Shown here: positions 55,763 to 64,000 of the stretch, piece by piece
How the letters are laid out: each line of letters begins with the position of its first letter
Numbering within the stretch: position 1 is the stretch's first letter
NCBI GenBank assembly: GCA_051418015.1
Contig: JBPRGF010000031.1
Span: forward strand, 64,001 to 128,000
From: Candidatus Nitrospinota bacterium M3_3B_026
GTDB lineage: Bacteria; Nitrospinota_A; UBA7883; JBPRGF01
Reading direction: 5' to 3'
DNA length: 64,000 bases
Translations under genes and position numbers: made by a program
Notes under the pieces: model-generated
Told to the model about the DNA's origin: nothing
Databases searched by the model: none
What the model saw: the letters and a program-made list of their open reading frames with translations, nothing else

Positions 55763-58163
55763 CTCGCGAAGGCGCCGCGCGGCCGCGAGCGCGAAAAAGG
55801 CAAAGAGGAGGAGCTTCTGGGGCGGCCTTGTCATGGGGCTTTCCGCCTTCGTGATTCTCTCCTTCGCCGCCGGGGCGGGCGCGGCGGCCTTCATATATCT
55901 GAAGTACGCGCGGGGTCTCCCGGACACAAGCGCGCTGGAGGACTACGAGCCGAGCCTCACCACCAGGATATACGACGACAGCGACACGCTGATAGCTGAG
56001 TATTACATCGAAAAGCGCATCCTGCTGCCGCTCGACAAGATACCGCTCATGCTGCGCGTGGCCACGATAGCAGTGGAGGACGTCAGCTTCTACGAGCATC
56101 ACGGGCTGAACCTGGAGGGTATCGTCCGCGCCATGATAGCCAACATCCGCGCCGGCAGGGTGGTCCAGGGGGGAAGCTCCATAACCCAGCAGGTGGCCAA
56201 GCAGCTTTTCCTGACGCCGGAGCGGACGCTGGAAAGAAAGATAAAAGAAGCCATCCTGTCCGTCAGGATCGACAGGGAATACACCAAAAACCAGATACTG
56301 AGGATATACCTGAACCACATATACTACGGCCACGGCGCCTACGGGGTGGAGGCCGCGGCGCAGACCTACTTCGGCAAGAGCGCGGGCGAGCTGACCCTCG
56401 CCGAGATGGCCATGATCGCCGGTCTGCCAAAAGCCCCGAGCAATTACTCCCCCTATAACGACCCGGAGCGGGCGAGACAGAGGCGCGCCCACGCCCTGAA
56501 CCGCATGGTGGCCGTGGGGGCCATAACGAAGGCCCAGGGCGAAGAGGCCGCCGCCGAGCCTTTTCGCCTGGCCGGGCGCAAACGCCCCACAAACAACGCG
56601 CCATGGTTCGCCGAACACATCCGCAGGACTCTGGAGGACAAGTACGGCGCGACAAGGCTGTACCGCGGAGGGCTTGTCGTGCGGACCACCCTCGATCTCG
56701 CGCTGCAAAAGCGCGCCGTGGAGGCGCTGCGAAAGGGGCTGGAAAAAAACGACAGGCGCCTGGGCTTTCGGGGGCCGGTGGGCCATGTGGACATCGAGTC
56801 CGGCCAGCAGCCTGACTGGGACAGCCTCAACCCGCGGAAGGCGGACGAAGAGGACATATACCAGCCCGGCGCGAGACTCCACGGATGGGTTCTTTCCGTG
56901 GAGAAGGACGAGGCGGAGATAGGCTTCGAGGACGCGACCGGCGTCATATCCCTGAAGGAGATGAGATGGGCCCACGAAGCCGACCCGAACAGAAACGCCC
57001 TCTGGATTGCGAAGGTGAAGGACGCCCGCGATGTCCTGAAGCCGGGGGACATCGTAACGGCGCGGGTGCTGGAGGGGGCGCCGGACTCCTACGGCGCGCT
57101 GCCCCTGGCGCTCGACCAGGCGCCGGCCGTTCAGGGGGCGCTTTTGGCCATGGACCCGAGGACGGGATACGTAAAGGCCATGGTGGGCGGCTACGACCAC
57201 GAGACCAGCAAGTACAACCGCGCCGTGCAGGCCCGGAGGCAGGCGGGCTCGTCGTTCAAGCCGATAATCTACACCGCCGCCCTGGAGAACGGGTTCACCC
57301 CCGCGTCGGTGATAATCGACTCCCCGATCATCTACGACAAGGCGCTGGAGGGGTTCAAGGGGTGGAAGCCGATGAACTTCGAAGAAAAGTTCTTCGGGCC
57401 CACGACCATCCGCGAGGCGGTCACCCACTCCCGCAACGTCGTGACCATCAAGACGCTGGAGAAAGTGGGCATCCGCAGGGCGATCGAGTACGCCCGCAAA
57501 TTCGGGATCGAAAGCAGGCTTGAGTCCAACCTGTCGCTCGCCCTCGGCGCGGCGCCGGTGTCGCTTTTGGAGATGGTGAGGGCATACGCCACCCTGGCCA
57601 ACGGCGGCGGGCGCCCGGAGCCGATCTTCATCAAATCCGTGGAAACAAGCGACGGGGTGGTCCTTGAGAAGAACGAGCCGGAGGCCGAGCGCGTTATAAG
57701 CCGCGAGGCGGCCTACCTGATGGTGAACATAATGAAAAACGTGGTGAGGGAGGGGACGGCGCGCCGGGTGCGCCTCGGCAGGCCCGTGGCGGGCAAAACC
57801 GGCACCACCAACAATTACCAGGACGCATGGTTCATCGGGTTCACGCCGAACATGGCCTGCGGCGTCTGGGTCGGCCGGGACGACAACGACTCCATGGGCA
57901 AGCTGGAGACCGGCGCGCGGGCGGCGATACCGATATGGATGGATTTCATGGAGTACGCCGTCAGAGGCATGCCGGCGTTCGACTTCACGGTCCCGGAGAA
58001 CATCGTCTTCGAGCGGGTGGACGAAAAGACCGGGCTTCTCACAAGATCGACGGGCGAGGACGCCATATTCGAGGCGTTCGTGGACGGCAGCCAGCCGGTC
58101 CGCTACGCGGGAGACGCGCAAACGCCGGGGAACGGCCTCGCCAACGGGGGCAGGGACCTTTAG
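55755..58163 (+). CDS. mrcA: Penicillin-binding protein 1A
   Basis: EDVSFYEH.G, GGSSITQQVAK, RKIKE, OB insert, SSFK, SRN, KTG. Confidence 0.94.
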   Translation: MADSRRRRAAASAKKAKRRSFWGGLVMGLSAFVILSFAAGAGAAAFIYLKYARGLPDTSALEDYEPSLTTRIYDDSDTLIAEYYIEKRILLPLDKIPLMLRVATIAVEDVSFYEHHGLNLEGIVRAMIANIRAGRVVQGGSSITQQVAKQLFLTPERTLERKIKEAILSVRIDREYTKNQILRIYLNHIYYGHGAYGVEAAAQTYFGKSAGELTLAEMAMIAGLPKAPSNYSPYNDPERARQRRAHALNRMVAVGAITKAQGEEAAAEPFRLAGRKRPTNNAPWFAEHIRRTLEDKYGATRLYRGGLVVRTTLDLALQKRAVEALRKGLEKNDRRLGFRGPVGHVDIESGQQPDWDSLNPRKADEEDIYQPGARLHGWVLSVEKDEAEIGFEDATGVISLKEMRWAHEADPNRNALWIAKVKDARDVLKPGDIVTARVLEGAPDSYGALPLALDQAPAVQGALLAMDPRTGYVKAMVGGYDHETSKYNRAVQARRQAGSSFKPIIYTAALENGFTPASVIIDSPIIYDKALEGFKGWKPMNFEEKFFGPTTIREAVTHSRNVVTIKTLEKVGIRRAIEYARKFGIESRLESNLSLALGAAPVSLLEMVRAYATLANGGGRPEPIFIKSVETSDGVVLEKNEPEAERVISREAAYLMVNIMKNVVREGTARRVRLGRPVAGKTGTTNNYQDAWFIGFTPNMACGVWVGRDDNDSMGKLETGARAAIPIWMDFMEYAVRGMPAFDFTVPENIVFERVDEKTGLLTRSTGEDAIFEAFVDGSQPVRYAGDAQTPGNGLANGGRDL

Positions 58164-58232
58164 ACACGGCCCGATCCGCCGTTTCCCCTTTCTGATAAAA
58201 TCAAAAGATGTTGTTTCACGAAGAGGCGGCCC

Positions 58233-59249
58233 ATGCCTGAAGACGCCCTCATAAAGGTGGAGAATCTCACCCGCGAGTTCACCATGGCGGAGCGGTCAAG
58301 CGGCTTCTGGGGCTCGCTGGCGGGCCTTTTCTCACGCCGCCGCTCCATAAAAAGGGCCGTGGACGGGATATCCTTCTCCATCCGCCCCGGCGAGTTCGTC
58401 GGCTACGTGGGGGAGAACGGCGCGGGCAAGTCCACCACCATCAAGATGCTGACGGGGATCCTCGTCCCCACCTCCGGGCGGGTGAGCGTCGCCGGGATCG
58501 TCCCCTACGAGAACAGGAAAGAGAACTCCCGCAACATCGGCGTGGTCTTCGGCCAGAGGACGCAGCTCTGGTGGGACTTGCCCGCCGGGGAGTCGCTCGA
58601 CCTTCTGCGCTCGATCTTCCGCGTGCCGGAGGAGAGGTTCCGCGAAAATCTCGAAGAGCTTTCCGAGACCCTCGGCCTTGGGCCGCTTCTGCGCGTTCCC
58701 GTGAGAAAACTCTCGCTGGGCCAGCGGATGAGGGTGGACCTTGCCGCGGCGCTTTTGCACGAGCCGCGGGTGCTCTATCTCGACGAGCCGACGATCGGAC
58801 TTGACGTGCTGGCCAAGGACAGCGTCCGCAAGTTCCTCAGGAAGATAAACAAGACGAGTGGGACGACCATCATCCTCACCACCCACGACATGGACGACAT
58901 CGAGGCCCTCTGCGAGCGGATCATCATCCTCGACAGGGGGATGATCGTCTACGACGGCGCGACGGAGAGTTTGAAGCGCGACTACGCCAGGGAGAAGGCT
59001 CTGGAGGTGGAGTTTTTCGAGGGCGACGGCTGCGGCTGTTTCGATATCCCCTCGGTGAGGGTGGTCAAAAGCGAGCCGGGCAAAAAGTGGCTGGCCTTCG
59101 ACAAGACCGAAACGTCCATCCAGGATGTCATAACGAAACTGATGGCGGGCGGATGCGTGAAGGACATCTCCATCCACGAGCAGAAGGTGGAGGACATCGT
59201 GAAGAACATCTACGCCAACGGCGCCGCGAGAAGACGGACCAATGCCTGA
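58233..59249 (+). CDS. ABC transporter ATP-binding protein
   Basis: GENGAGKST, LSLGQRMR, LYLDEPT. Confidence 0.94.
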   Translation: MPEDALIKVENLTREFTMAERSSGFWGSLAGLFSRRRSIKRAVDGISFSIRPGEFVGYVGENGAGKSTTIKMLTGILVPTSGRVSVAGIVPYENRKENSRNIGVVFGQRTQLWWDLPAGESLDLLRSIFRVPEERFRENLEELSETLGLGPLLRVPVRKLSLGQRMRVDLAAALLHEPRVLYLDEPTIGLDVLAKDSVRKFLRKINKTSGTTIILTTHDMDDIEALCERIIILDRGMIVYDGATESLKRDYAREKALEVEFFEGDGCGCFDIPSVRVVKSEPGKKWLAFDKTETSIQDVITKLMAGGCVKDISIHEQKVEDIVKNIYANGAARRRTNA

Positions 59250-60123
59250 CACAACGATCATCACCGAGCCGGGATACATGGAGAAAGGGGAAGGGAGCGC
59301 CTCCGAAACGTTCCCCTTCGGCCCGGTGAAGCCTGTCTACCTGAACTTCGCCCTGAAATCGTTCCAGAGGCAGATAGCCTACAAGTTCGAGTATTTCATC
59401 GGCGTCGTGAACGGGCTGCTTTTCATCTTCATCTTCACCTCGCTCTGGAGCGCGATATACAGCAGCCCCCAGGCCGCCGAGGGCGCCCCCTTCGACAAGG
59501 ACAAAATGATCGCCTACGCCGTCTTCGCCATGATTGTCAGGATATCCATGACCATGGAGGAGCTGGGCGTGGGCCGCCGGGTGCGCTCAGGCGACATCAG
59601 CCTGGACCTGATAAAACCGGTGAACTACTCCCTCATGCTCTTTTCGGAGGCTTTCGGGCAGACGCTGTTCCACTGGGCCAGCAGGGCCGCGCCGATACTG
59701 CTTTTCTCCCTGTGGGCTTTCGACGTCGCCATGCCGGACAATCTCTCCAACTACGCGCTGCTCGCGGTGTCGTGGGCTCTGGGTTACGTGATCCTGTTCT
59801 TCGTGAATTTCGCCTTCGCGCTCCTGGCCTTCTGGTTCCTGGAGACGTTCAGCTTCCAGCTGATGAAGTTCGGCCTGTTCACGGTCTTCTCCGGCGGCAT
59901 CGTGCCCATAGACTTTTTCCCGGACTGGATCAGGCCCGCCATCGGCCTGCTGCCTTTCCAGTACATACTCTACGTCCCCACCTCCGTCTTCATCGGCCAC
60001 GCCGAGGGGGCGCGGGCGGCCGGGCTTATCGGGCTGCAGGCGGTGTGGGTCGTGATCCTGGGCGGGCTGTGCCACTTGATGTGGCGCGCGGCCGGGCGCA
60101 AGCTGGTCCTGCAGGGAGGATAG
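59242..60123 (+). CDS. ABC-2 type permease (DUF990 family)
   Basis: VRSGDISLDLIKP, SGGIVPIDFFP, LVLQGG terminus. Confidence 0.9.
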   Translation: MPDTTIITEPGYMEKGEGSASETFPFGPVKPVYLNFALKSFQRQIAYKFEYFIGVVNGLLFIFIFTSLWSAIYSSPQAAEGAPFDKDKMIAYAVFAMIVRISMTMEELGVGRRVRSGDISLDLIKPVNYSLMLFSEAFGQTLFHWASRAAPILLFSLWAFDVAMPDNLSNYALLAVSWALGYVILFFVNFAFALLAFWFLETFSFQLMKFGLFTVFSGGIVPIDFFPDWIRPAIGLLPFQYILYVPTSVFIGHAEGARAAGLIGLQAVWVVILGGLCHLMWRAAGRKLVLQGG

Positions 60124-60126
60124 GAC

Positions 60127-60930
60127 GTGAGGGACCTGCCGGTATACCTGAAGCTGATGGGCGCCGCCGTCCGCGCCAAGATGGAGTATAAGGCCAGTTT
60201 TCTGTTTCTGCTCTTCGCCCTGACCTTCTATTATCTCGGCCAGCTCGGCGTGATCCTGGTGGTGCTGACAAAGTTCAAGAACATAAACGGCTGGACGTTG
60301 AGCGAGATGGCGATGCTCTACGGCCTGCTGGTCTTCAGCCAGGGGCTGGCGACGCTCCTTTTCGCCCCGCTCAACAACTTCGAAACGCTCATCATCAACG
60401 GTGATTTCGACAGGCTCCTCGTCCGCCCCTTGAACCCGCTGCCGCAGATACTCGTCAACAGCTTCGAGATAAGCTCCATCGCCCATTTCGTGATCGGCTC
60501 CACAGCGCTCTACTACGGCTCCACGCGGGCGGGGGTGGAATGGACGCTGTACAAAGCCTCGTTCCTGCCCTTCGTCATAGCCGGGGCCGTGCTCATCCAC
60601 GGCGGGATCAGGCTCGCCGTCTCGGCAGTGGCCTTCTGGACCATACGCAACCGCGCCCTAGTCCACACCATCGTCTACAGCACGAAGGAGTTCATCCTCT
60701 ACCCAGTGTCCATCTACAACGTCTGGACTCAGGTTTTCCTGACGCTCGTCTTCCCCCTGGCCTTCGTAAACTTCTACCCCAGCCACTACTTTTTAGCCAG
60801 GGATTCGGCCGACCTTCTTTTCCACCCGGCCATACAGTACATGACGCCGGTGGCGGGTCTTGCCGTCTTTGGCCTGGCCTACGGGCTGTGGCGGATGGGG
60901 GTGAACCATTACCAGAGCGTGGGCGCCTGA
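60127..60930 (+). CDS. ABC-2 type permease (DUF990 family)
   Basis: GDFDRLLVRPLN, YPVSIY, PLAFVNFYP. Confidence 0.9.
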   Translation: MRDLPVYLKLMGAAVRAKMEYKASFLFLLFALTFYYLGQLGVILVVLTKFKNINGWTLSEMAMLYGLLVFSQGLATLLFAPLNNFETLIINGDFDRLLVRPLNPLPQILVNSFEISSIAHFVIGSTALYYGSTRAGVEWTLYKASFLPFVIAGAVLIHGGIRLAVSAVAFWTIRNRALVHTIVYSTKEFILYPVSIYNVWTQVFLTLVFPLAFVNFYPSHYFLARDSADLLFHPAIQYMTPVAGLAVFGLAYGLWRMGVNHYQSVGA

Positions 60931-60939
60931 CGCTCCCGG

Positions 60940-62172
60940 TCAGCCCGCGGTTTTTTTGAACCCCCTCTCAAAGCCCGGCAGCGCCCTTTCGCATGTATCC
61001 GTGGGGACGCAGAACGACAGCCGGAAATGGCCGGGAGCGCCGAACCCCGCGCCTGGGACGGCGAGGATGTTTTCAGTTTTAAGCGCGCTCACGAACTTGA
61101 CATCATCCTCGATAGGCGACTTCGGGAAAAGGTAAAACCCCCCGTCCGGCGCCACGAGGCCATATCCGGCCGACGTCAGCCCTTCCACGAGTATCTCGCG
61201 GTTTCTCTCGTAAACGCCCATGTCCGGCTCGATGTCCTGGAACCCCGCCACGAGCCGCTGGAACAGGGCGGGGGCGTTGACGAAGCCCAGGATCCTGTTG
61301 GCCAGCGTCATCGCGTCGAATATCCTCCCCGCGCCTTCGATCCGCGGATTGATGGCGATGTATCCTATCCGCTCTCCGGGAAGGTTTAAATCCTTCGAGT
61401 GGGACGTGGCGGCTATGGCCCTCTCGTAGACGCTGAAAACCTCGGGGACGCGGACATCGCCGTAGACAAGCTTCCTGTACGGCTCGTCCATAACCAGGTA
61501 GACGGGCCTGCCGTTTTTCGCCGACAGATCCTCAAGCAGCCCGCCAACCTCCTTCAGCGCGCGCTCCGGGTACACCGCGCCGGAGGGGTTGTTCGGCGAG
61601 TTGAGCAGGACTATCCTCGTCTTCGGCCCCATCGCGCGCTCAAGCTCGGCCATGTCGAGCTGGAACCTCTCGTCCGTCCGGACGATTTTAACGTTCAAAC
61701 CGTGGTTGTCGGCGTAGAAAAGGTACTCGGCGAAATAGGGCGCCGTAATCACCACCTCGTCGCCGGGGTCGGCAAGCGCCCTGAGTATCACGTTCAACGC
61801 CCCCCCCGCGCCGCAGGTCATGACGACGTTGTCCTTCCCGAACGGCAGGCCGGAGCGGCGCGACAGGCTCTCGGCGACCCTCTCCCTCACCCATGGGTAG
61901 CCCGCGTTCGGCATGTACCTGTGCAAGCCCGGCTCTGGGTCGGAAGCGAGGCGGGCGAGCTCCCTTAAAACATCCTCCGGCGGCTCCCCCGCCGGGTTGC
62001 CCAGGGTGAAGTCGAAAACGCTCTCCTCGCCGAGCTTCTCCTTGAGCCGCGCCCCCTCCTCGAACATCCTCCTTATCCAGGAGGAGCGCTCCATCAGCCC
62101 GCCGATCCTGCCGGAGATGAGCGTTTCCGGCGGGGCGGGGTTATTCCGCGTTTTTGCGCTTTTCGGTGTCAT
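60940..62172 (-). CDS. PLP-dependent class I aminotransferase (aspartate aminotransferase-like)
   Basis: SSWIRRMFEEG, NSPNNPSG, DEPY, SHSKDLNLPGERIG. Confidence 0.93.
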   Translation of the reverse strand: MTPKSAKTRNNPAPPETLISGRIGGLMERSSWIRRMFEEGARLKEKLGEESVFDFTLGNPAGEPPEDVLRELARLASDPEPGLHRYMPNAGYPWVRERVAESLSRRSGLPFGKDNVVMTCGAGGALNVILRALADPGDEVVITAPYFAEYLFYADNHGLNVKIVRTDERFQLDMAELERAMGPKTRIVLLNSPNNPSGAVYPERALKEVGGLLEDLSAKNGRPVYLVMDEPYRKLVYGDVRVPEVFSVYERAIAATSHSKDLNLPGERIGYIAINPRIEGAGRIFDAMTLANRILGFVNAPALFQRLVAGFQDIEPDMGVYERNREILVEGLTSAGYGLVAPDGGFYLFPKSPIEDDVKFVSALKTENILAVPGAGFGAPGHFRLSFCVPTDTCERALPGFERGFKKTAG

Positions 62173-63361
62173 TAAAATGCGTCTCCAGCACGCCGCCGGT
62201 CAGGCGGCCGCGGATGACGGCGTTGTCCACGCCCCCGCGTTCGAGGATCCTCTCCCTCAGCCGCGCTATCCTTGACTTGACCTGGCCTATGGTCAGAGAG
62301 TCGTCCATGTCCACGTTGAAATCGACGCAGACCTTCCCGTTCAGATAGTGGAAGATCATCTCCGAGACGTCCTTTATCCCCCCCATCCTCGCCGCCTCGT
62401 CCCTTATATCCTTTTCCACGCGGCCCCTGTCGATCCTAACGATCCTGTAATTGATGTCCTCCTCGGCGTCGATATGGACGAGGGCGTCGGCGGCGCCAGC
62501 CTGCTTTTTCAGGTTGTGGCGCACCGTTTCAGCGATGTTGTGCGCCTCGGAGACGGAGATGTTGGGCTGCACCTGGATGTGAACATCCACGAAGATGTCC
62601 GCCCCCAGCCTGCGGGTGCGGAGCTCGTGGAAGCGGCGGACACCCTCCGTGCCGGAGATGACCTCGCGTATCTTCCTGAGCTTTTCCGGCGCGACGGACA
62701 CGTCCATCAGGTCCTGCAAGGCTTTCCAGGCTATCTCCCATCCCACCTTGGCGATCATGAAGACCACCACGATCGCCGCCAGGGGGTCGAGCAGCGGAAA
62801 CCCCATCATGGCCCCGCCTATCCCCGCCAGGGCCGCCACGGAGGAGAGGGAGTCCGTCCTGTGGTGCCAGGCGTTGGCGACCACGGCGTCGTTGTCATGC
62901 TTTCTCCCCACCTGCGAGGTGTAATGGTAAAGCCCCTCCTTGACGACTATGGAGACGACGGCCGCCGCGGCCGCGAGCCACGTCGGGGCCGGCAGCAGAC
63001 CGTGGATGAGATCGTCTATGACGTCCAGCAGGATGAAAAGACCGATGAGGATGAGCGCCGCCCCCACGGCGGCGGTTCCGATGGTCTCCGCCCGGCCGTG
63101 GCCGTAGGGGTGCTCCTCGTCGGCCTCCTGGGCGGCGATGCGGACGGATATGAAGACCACGGCGTCCGTCACCAGGTCCGAAAGCGAATGCGCCGCGTCG
63201 GCCACCATGGCGGCGGAATGGCCGAAAACCCCCGCCGCGAACTTGACCGCCGCCAGCAGCACGTTGGCGATGGCGCCGATCACGGTGACCCGCGCGGCCT
63301 CGTAGGCCCTCCTGCCGCTTTTGTGTATCTCGATGAGCGGAGTGTGGGTATGGTCGTTCAT
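62141..63361 (-). CDS. Cation diffusion facilitator with duplicated C-terminal domain
   Basis: ADAAHSLSD, HPYGHGRAE, AWHHRTD, VDVHIQV...EAHNIA. Confidence 0.93.
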   Translation of the reverse strand: MNDHTHTPLIEIHKSGRRAYEAARVTVIGAIANVLLAAVKFAAGVFGHSAAMVADAAHSLSDLVTDAVVFISVRIAAQEADEEHPYGHGRAETIGTAAVGAALILIGLFILLDVIDDLIHGLLPAPTWLAAAAAVVSIVVKEGLYHYTSQVGRKHDNDAVVANAWHHRTDSLSSVAALAGIGGAMMGFPLLDPLAAIVVVFMIAKVGWEIAWKALQDLMDVSVAPEKLRKIREVISGTEGVRRFHELRTRRLGADIFVDVHIQVQPNISVSEAHNIAETVRHNLKKQAGAADALVHIDAEEDINYRIVRIDRGRVEKDIRDEAARMGGIKDVSEMIFHYLNGKVCVDFNVDMDDSLTIGQVKSRIARLRERILERGGVDNAVIRGRLTGGVLETHFNDTEKRKNAE

Positions 63362-63413
63362 GCTCGTTTCAATAAAGCTTCCGCGCCGATTCTAACACAC
63401 GCCGCGAGGCGCT

Positions 63414-63776
63414 GGCCGAAGGGGGCCCAGGGTGACCCTGATTCCCGTGATAAGCTCTTTTAATTTCCCTCTCCCGGCGGGAGGATTCTTGAAGTCAAAG
63501 TCCGAAACCCAAACGCGCCAGCGACAGCCAACAATTTTCCCCTCCCCTGGAGGGAGGGGACACAGGGGAGGGGGAACAAAGAATTCTTTCACACCCCCAC
63601 CCAGCCCTCCCCCGTCCAGGGGGAGGATGGGAAAGCGATGTCATTCTTCGCTTCGCTCGGAATCCCGCTGTCTCACCCGCCACGAGATGCTTCACTTCGT
63701 TCAGCATGACATCACCATGCCCGGGGCGAGGCTCCTCGCTGAAGCCTGCCATGAAGCCGGGCCGAAGGGGGCCCAG
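63414..63776. repeat. REP/MITE-like repeat cluster bracketed by a 17-bp direct repeat
   Basis: ggccgaagggggcccag at 63414-63430 and 63760-63776. The interior 63465-63630 is the reverse-complement homolog of 5889-6051, and 63639-63711 is a gtcattc...gcatgac palindrome. Confidence 0.78.
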
Positions 63777-63819
63777 AGGGACATCGCGGAAAGACAGCGC
63801 CATCCAGCGGTCTTTCCGA

Positions 63820-63999
63820 TCAGTCCTGCTCGACAGCGTCGATCTTGTCCCGGGCGCTCTGGTCCTTGTCTATCCGCGAGCTCATCCTGGTGGTCACGGT
63901 GACCCTCTGGGCCCCGGCGGCGTAGACGGCCTCCATGGCCGCCTTTATCGCCCTGGACACGTCGTCGTATTCGCCCTCGACGACGGTGGCGTTGGGGCA
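63820..63999 (-). CDS. MTH1187/YkoF-like thiamine-binding protein, 3' part
   Basis: Frame not listed in the ORF track: CPNATVVEGEYDDVSRAIKAAMEAVYAAGAQRVTVTTRMSSRIDKDQSARDKIDAVEQD*. Confidence 0.8.
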   Translation of the reverse strand, partial: CPNATVVEGEYDDVSRAIKAAMEAVYAAGAQRVTVTTRMSSRIDKDQSARDKIDAVEQD

Positions 64000-64000
64000 C

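Noticed and set aside
63768..63915. 13-bp inverted repeat ggggcccagaggg / ccctctgggcccc
   Set aside because: One arm lies within coding sequence in very GC-rich DNA; probably chance.
63701..64000. 99-aa ORF from the ORF track
   Set aside because: Wrong frame; the MTH1187-like reading frame 63820-63999 explains the region.

Overview
This is a GC-rich bacterial chromosomal window. The gene content suggests a Nitrospinota/Nitrospirota/deltaproteobacteria-like organism, which is an inference. From left to right it holds: the argB 5' end, a hypothetical gene and xerC; a compact ~15 kb minus-strand cluster of Mu-like (transposable-phage) late genes; NrdR/DnaA-box-preceded nrdJ; a GAF-GGDEF cyclase; a HEAT protein and a metzincin lipoprotein; a complex I operon nuoA-D,H-N headed by SfrB/SfrA-type NADPH oxidoreductase genes instead of nuoEFG; a NarX-P-box PAS histidine kinase with three response regulators; tRNA-Leu(GAG); a sirtuin; an EIIA(Ntr)/PII-like/twin CPA antiporter operon; an RND pump; coaBC; UDG; PBP1A; an ABC-2 transporter; an aminotransferase; a CDF transporter; and several dispersed REP/MITE-like palindromic repeats. 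The Mu-like cluster encodes gp25-like, tandem gp26-like, small and large terminase, portal, protease/scaffold, decoration, major capsid, gp36, tail-tip and fibre proteins and an M15 endolysin. It lacks any recognisable transposase, repressor, replication, tail-tube, sheath or full tape-measure gene. The main candidate for an undescribed system is this cluster, which looks like a domesticated gene-transfer-agent-like or short-tailed particle locus. A decaying prophage cannot be excluded from sequence alone. All family assignments are from recognition of motifs and gene order, not database searches.
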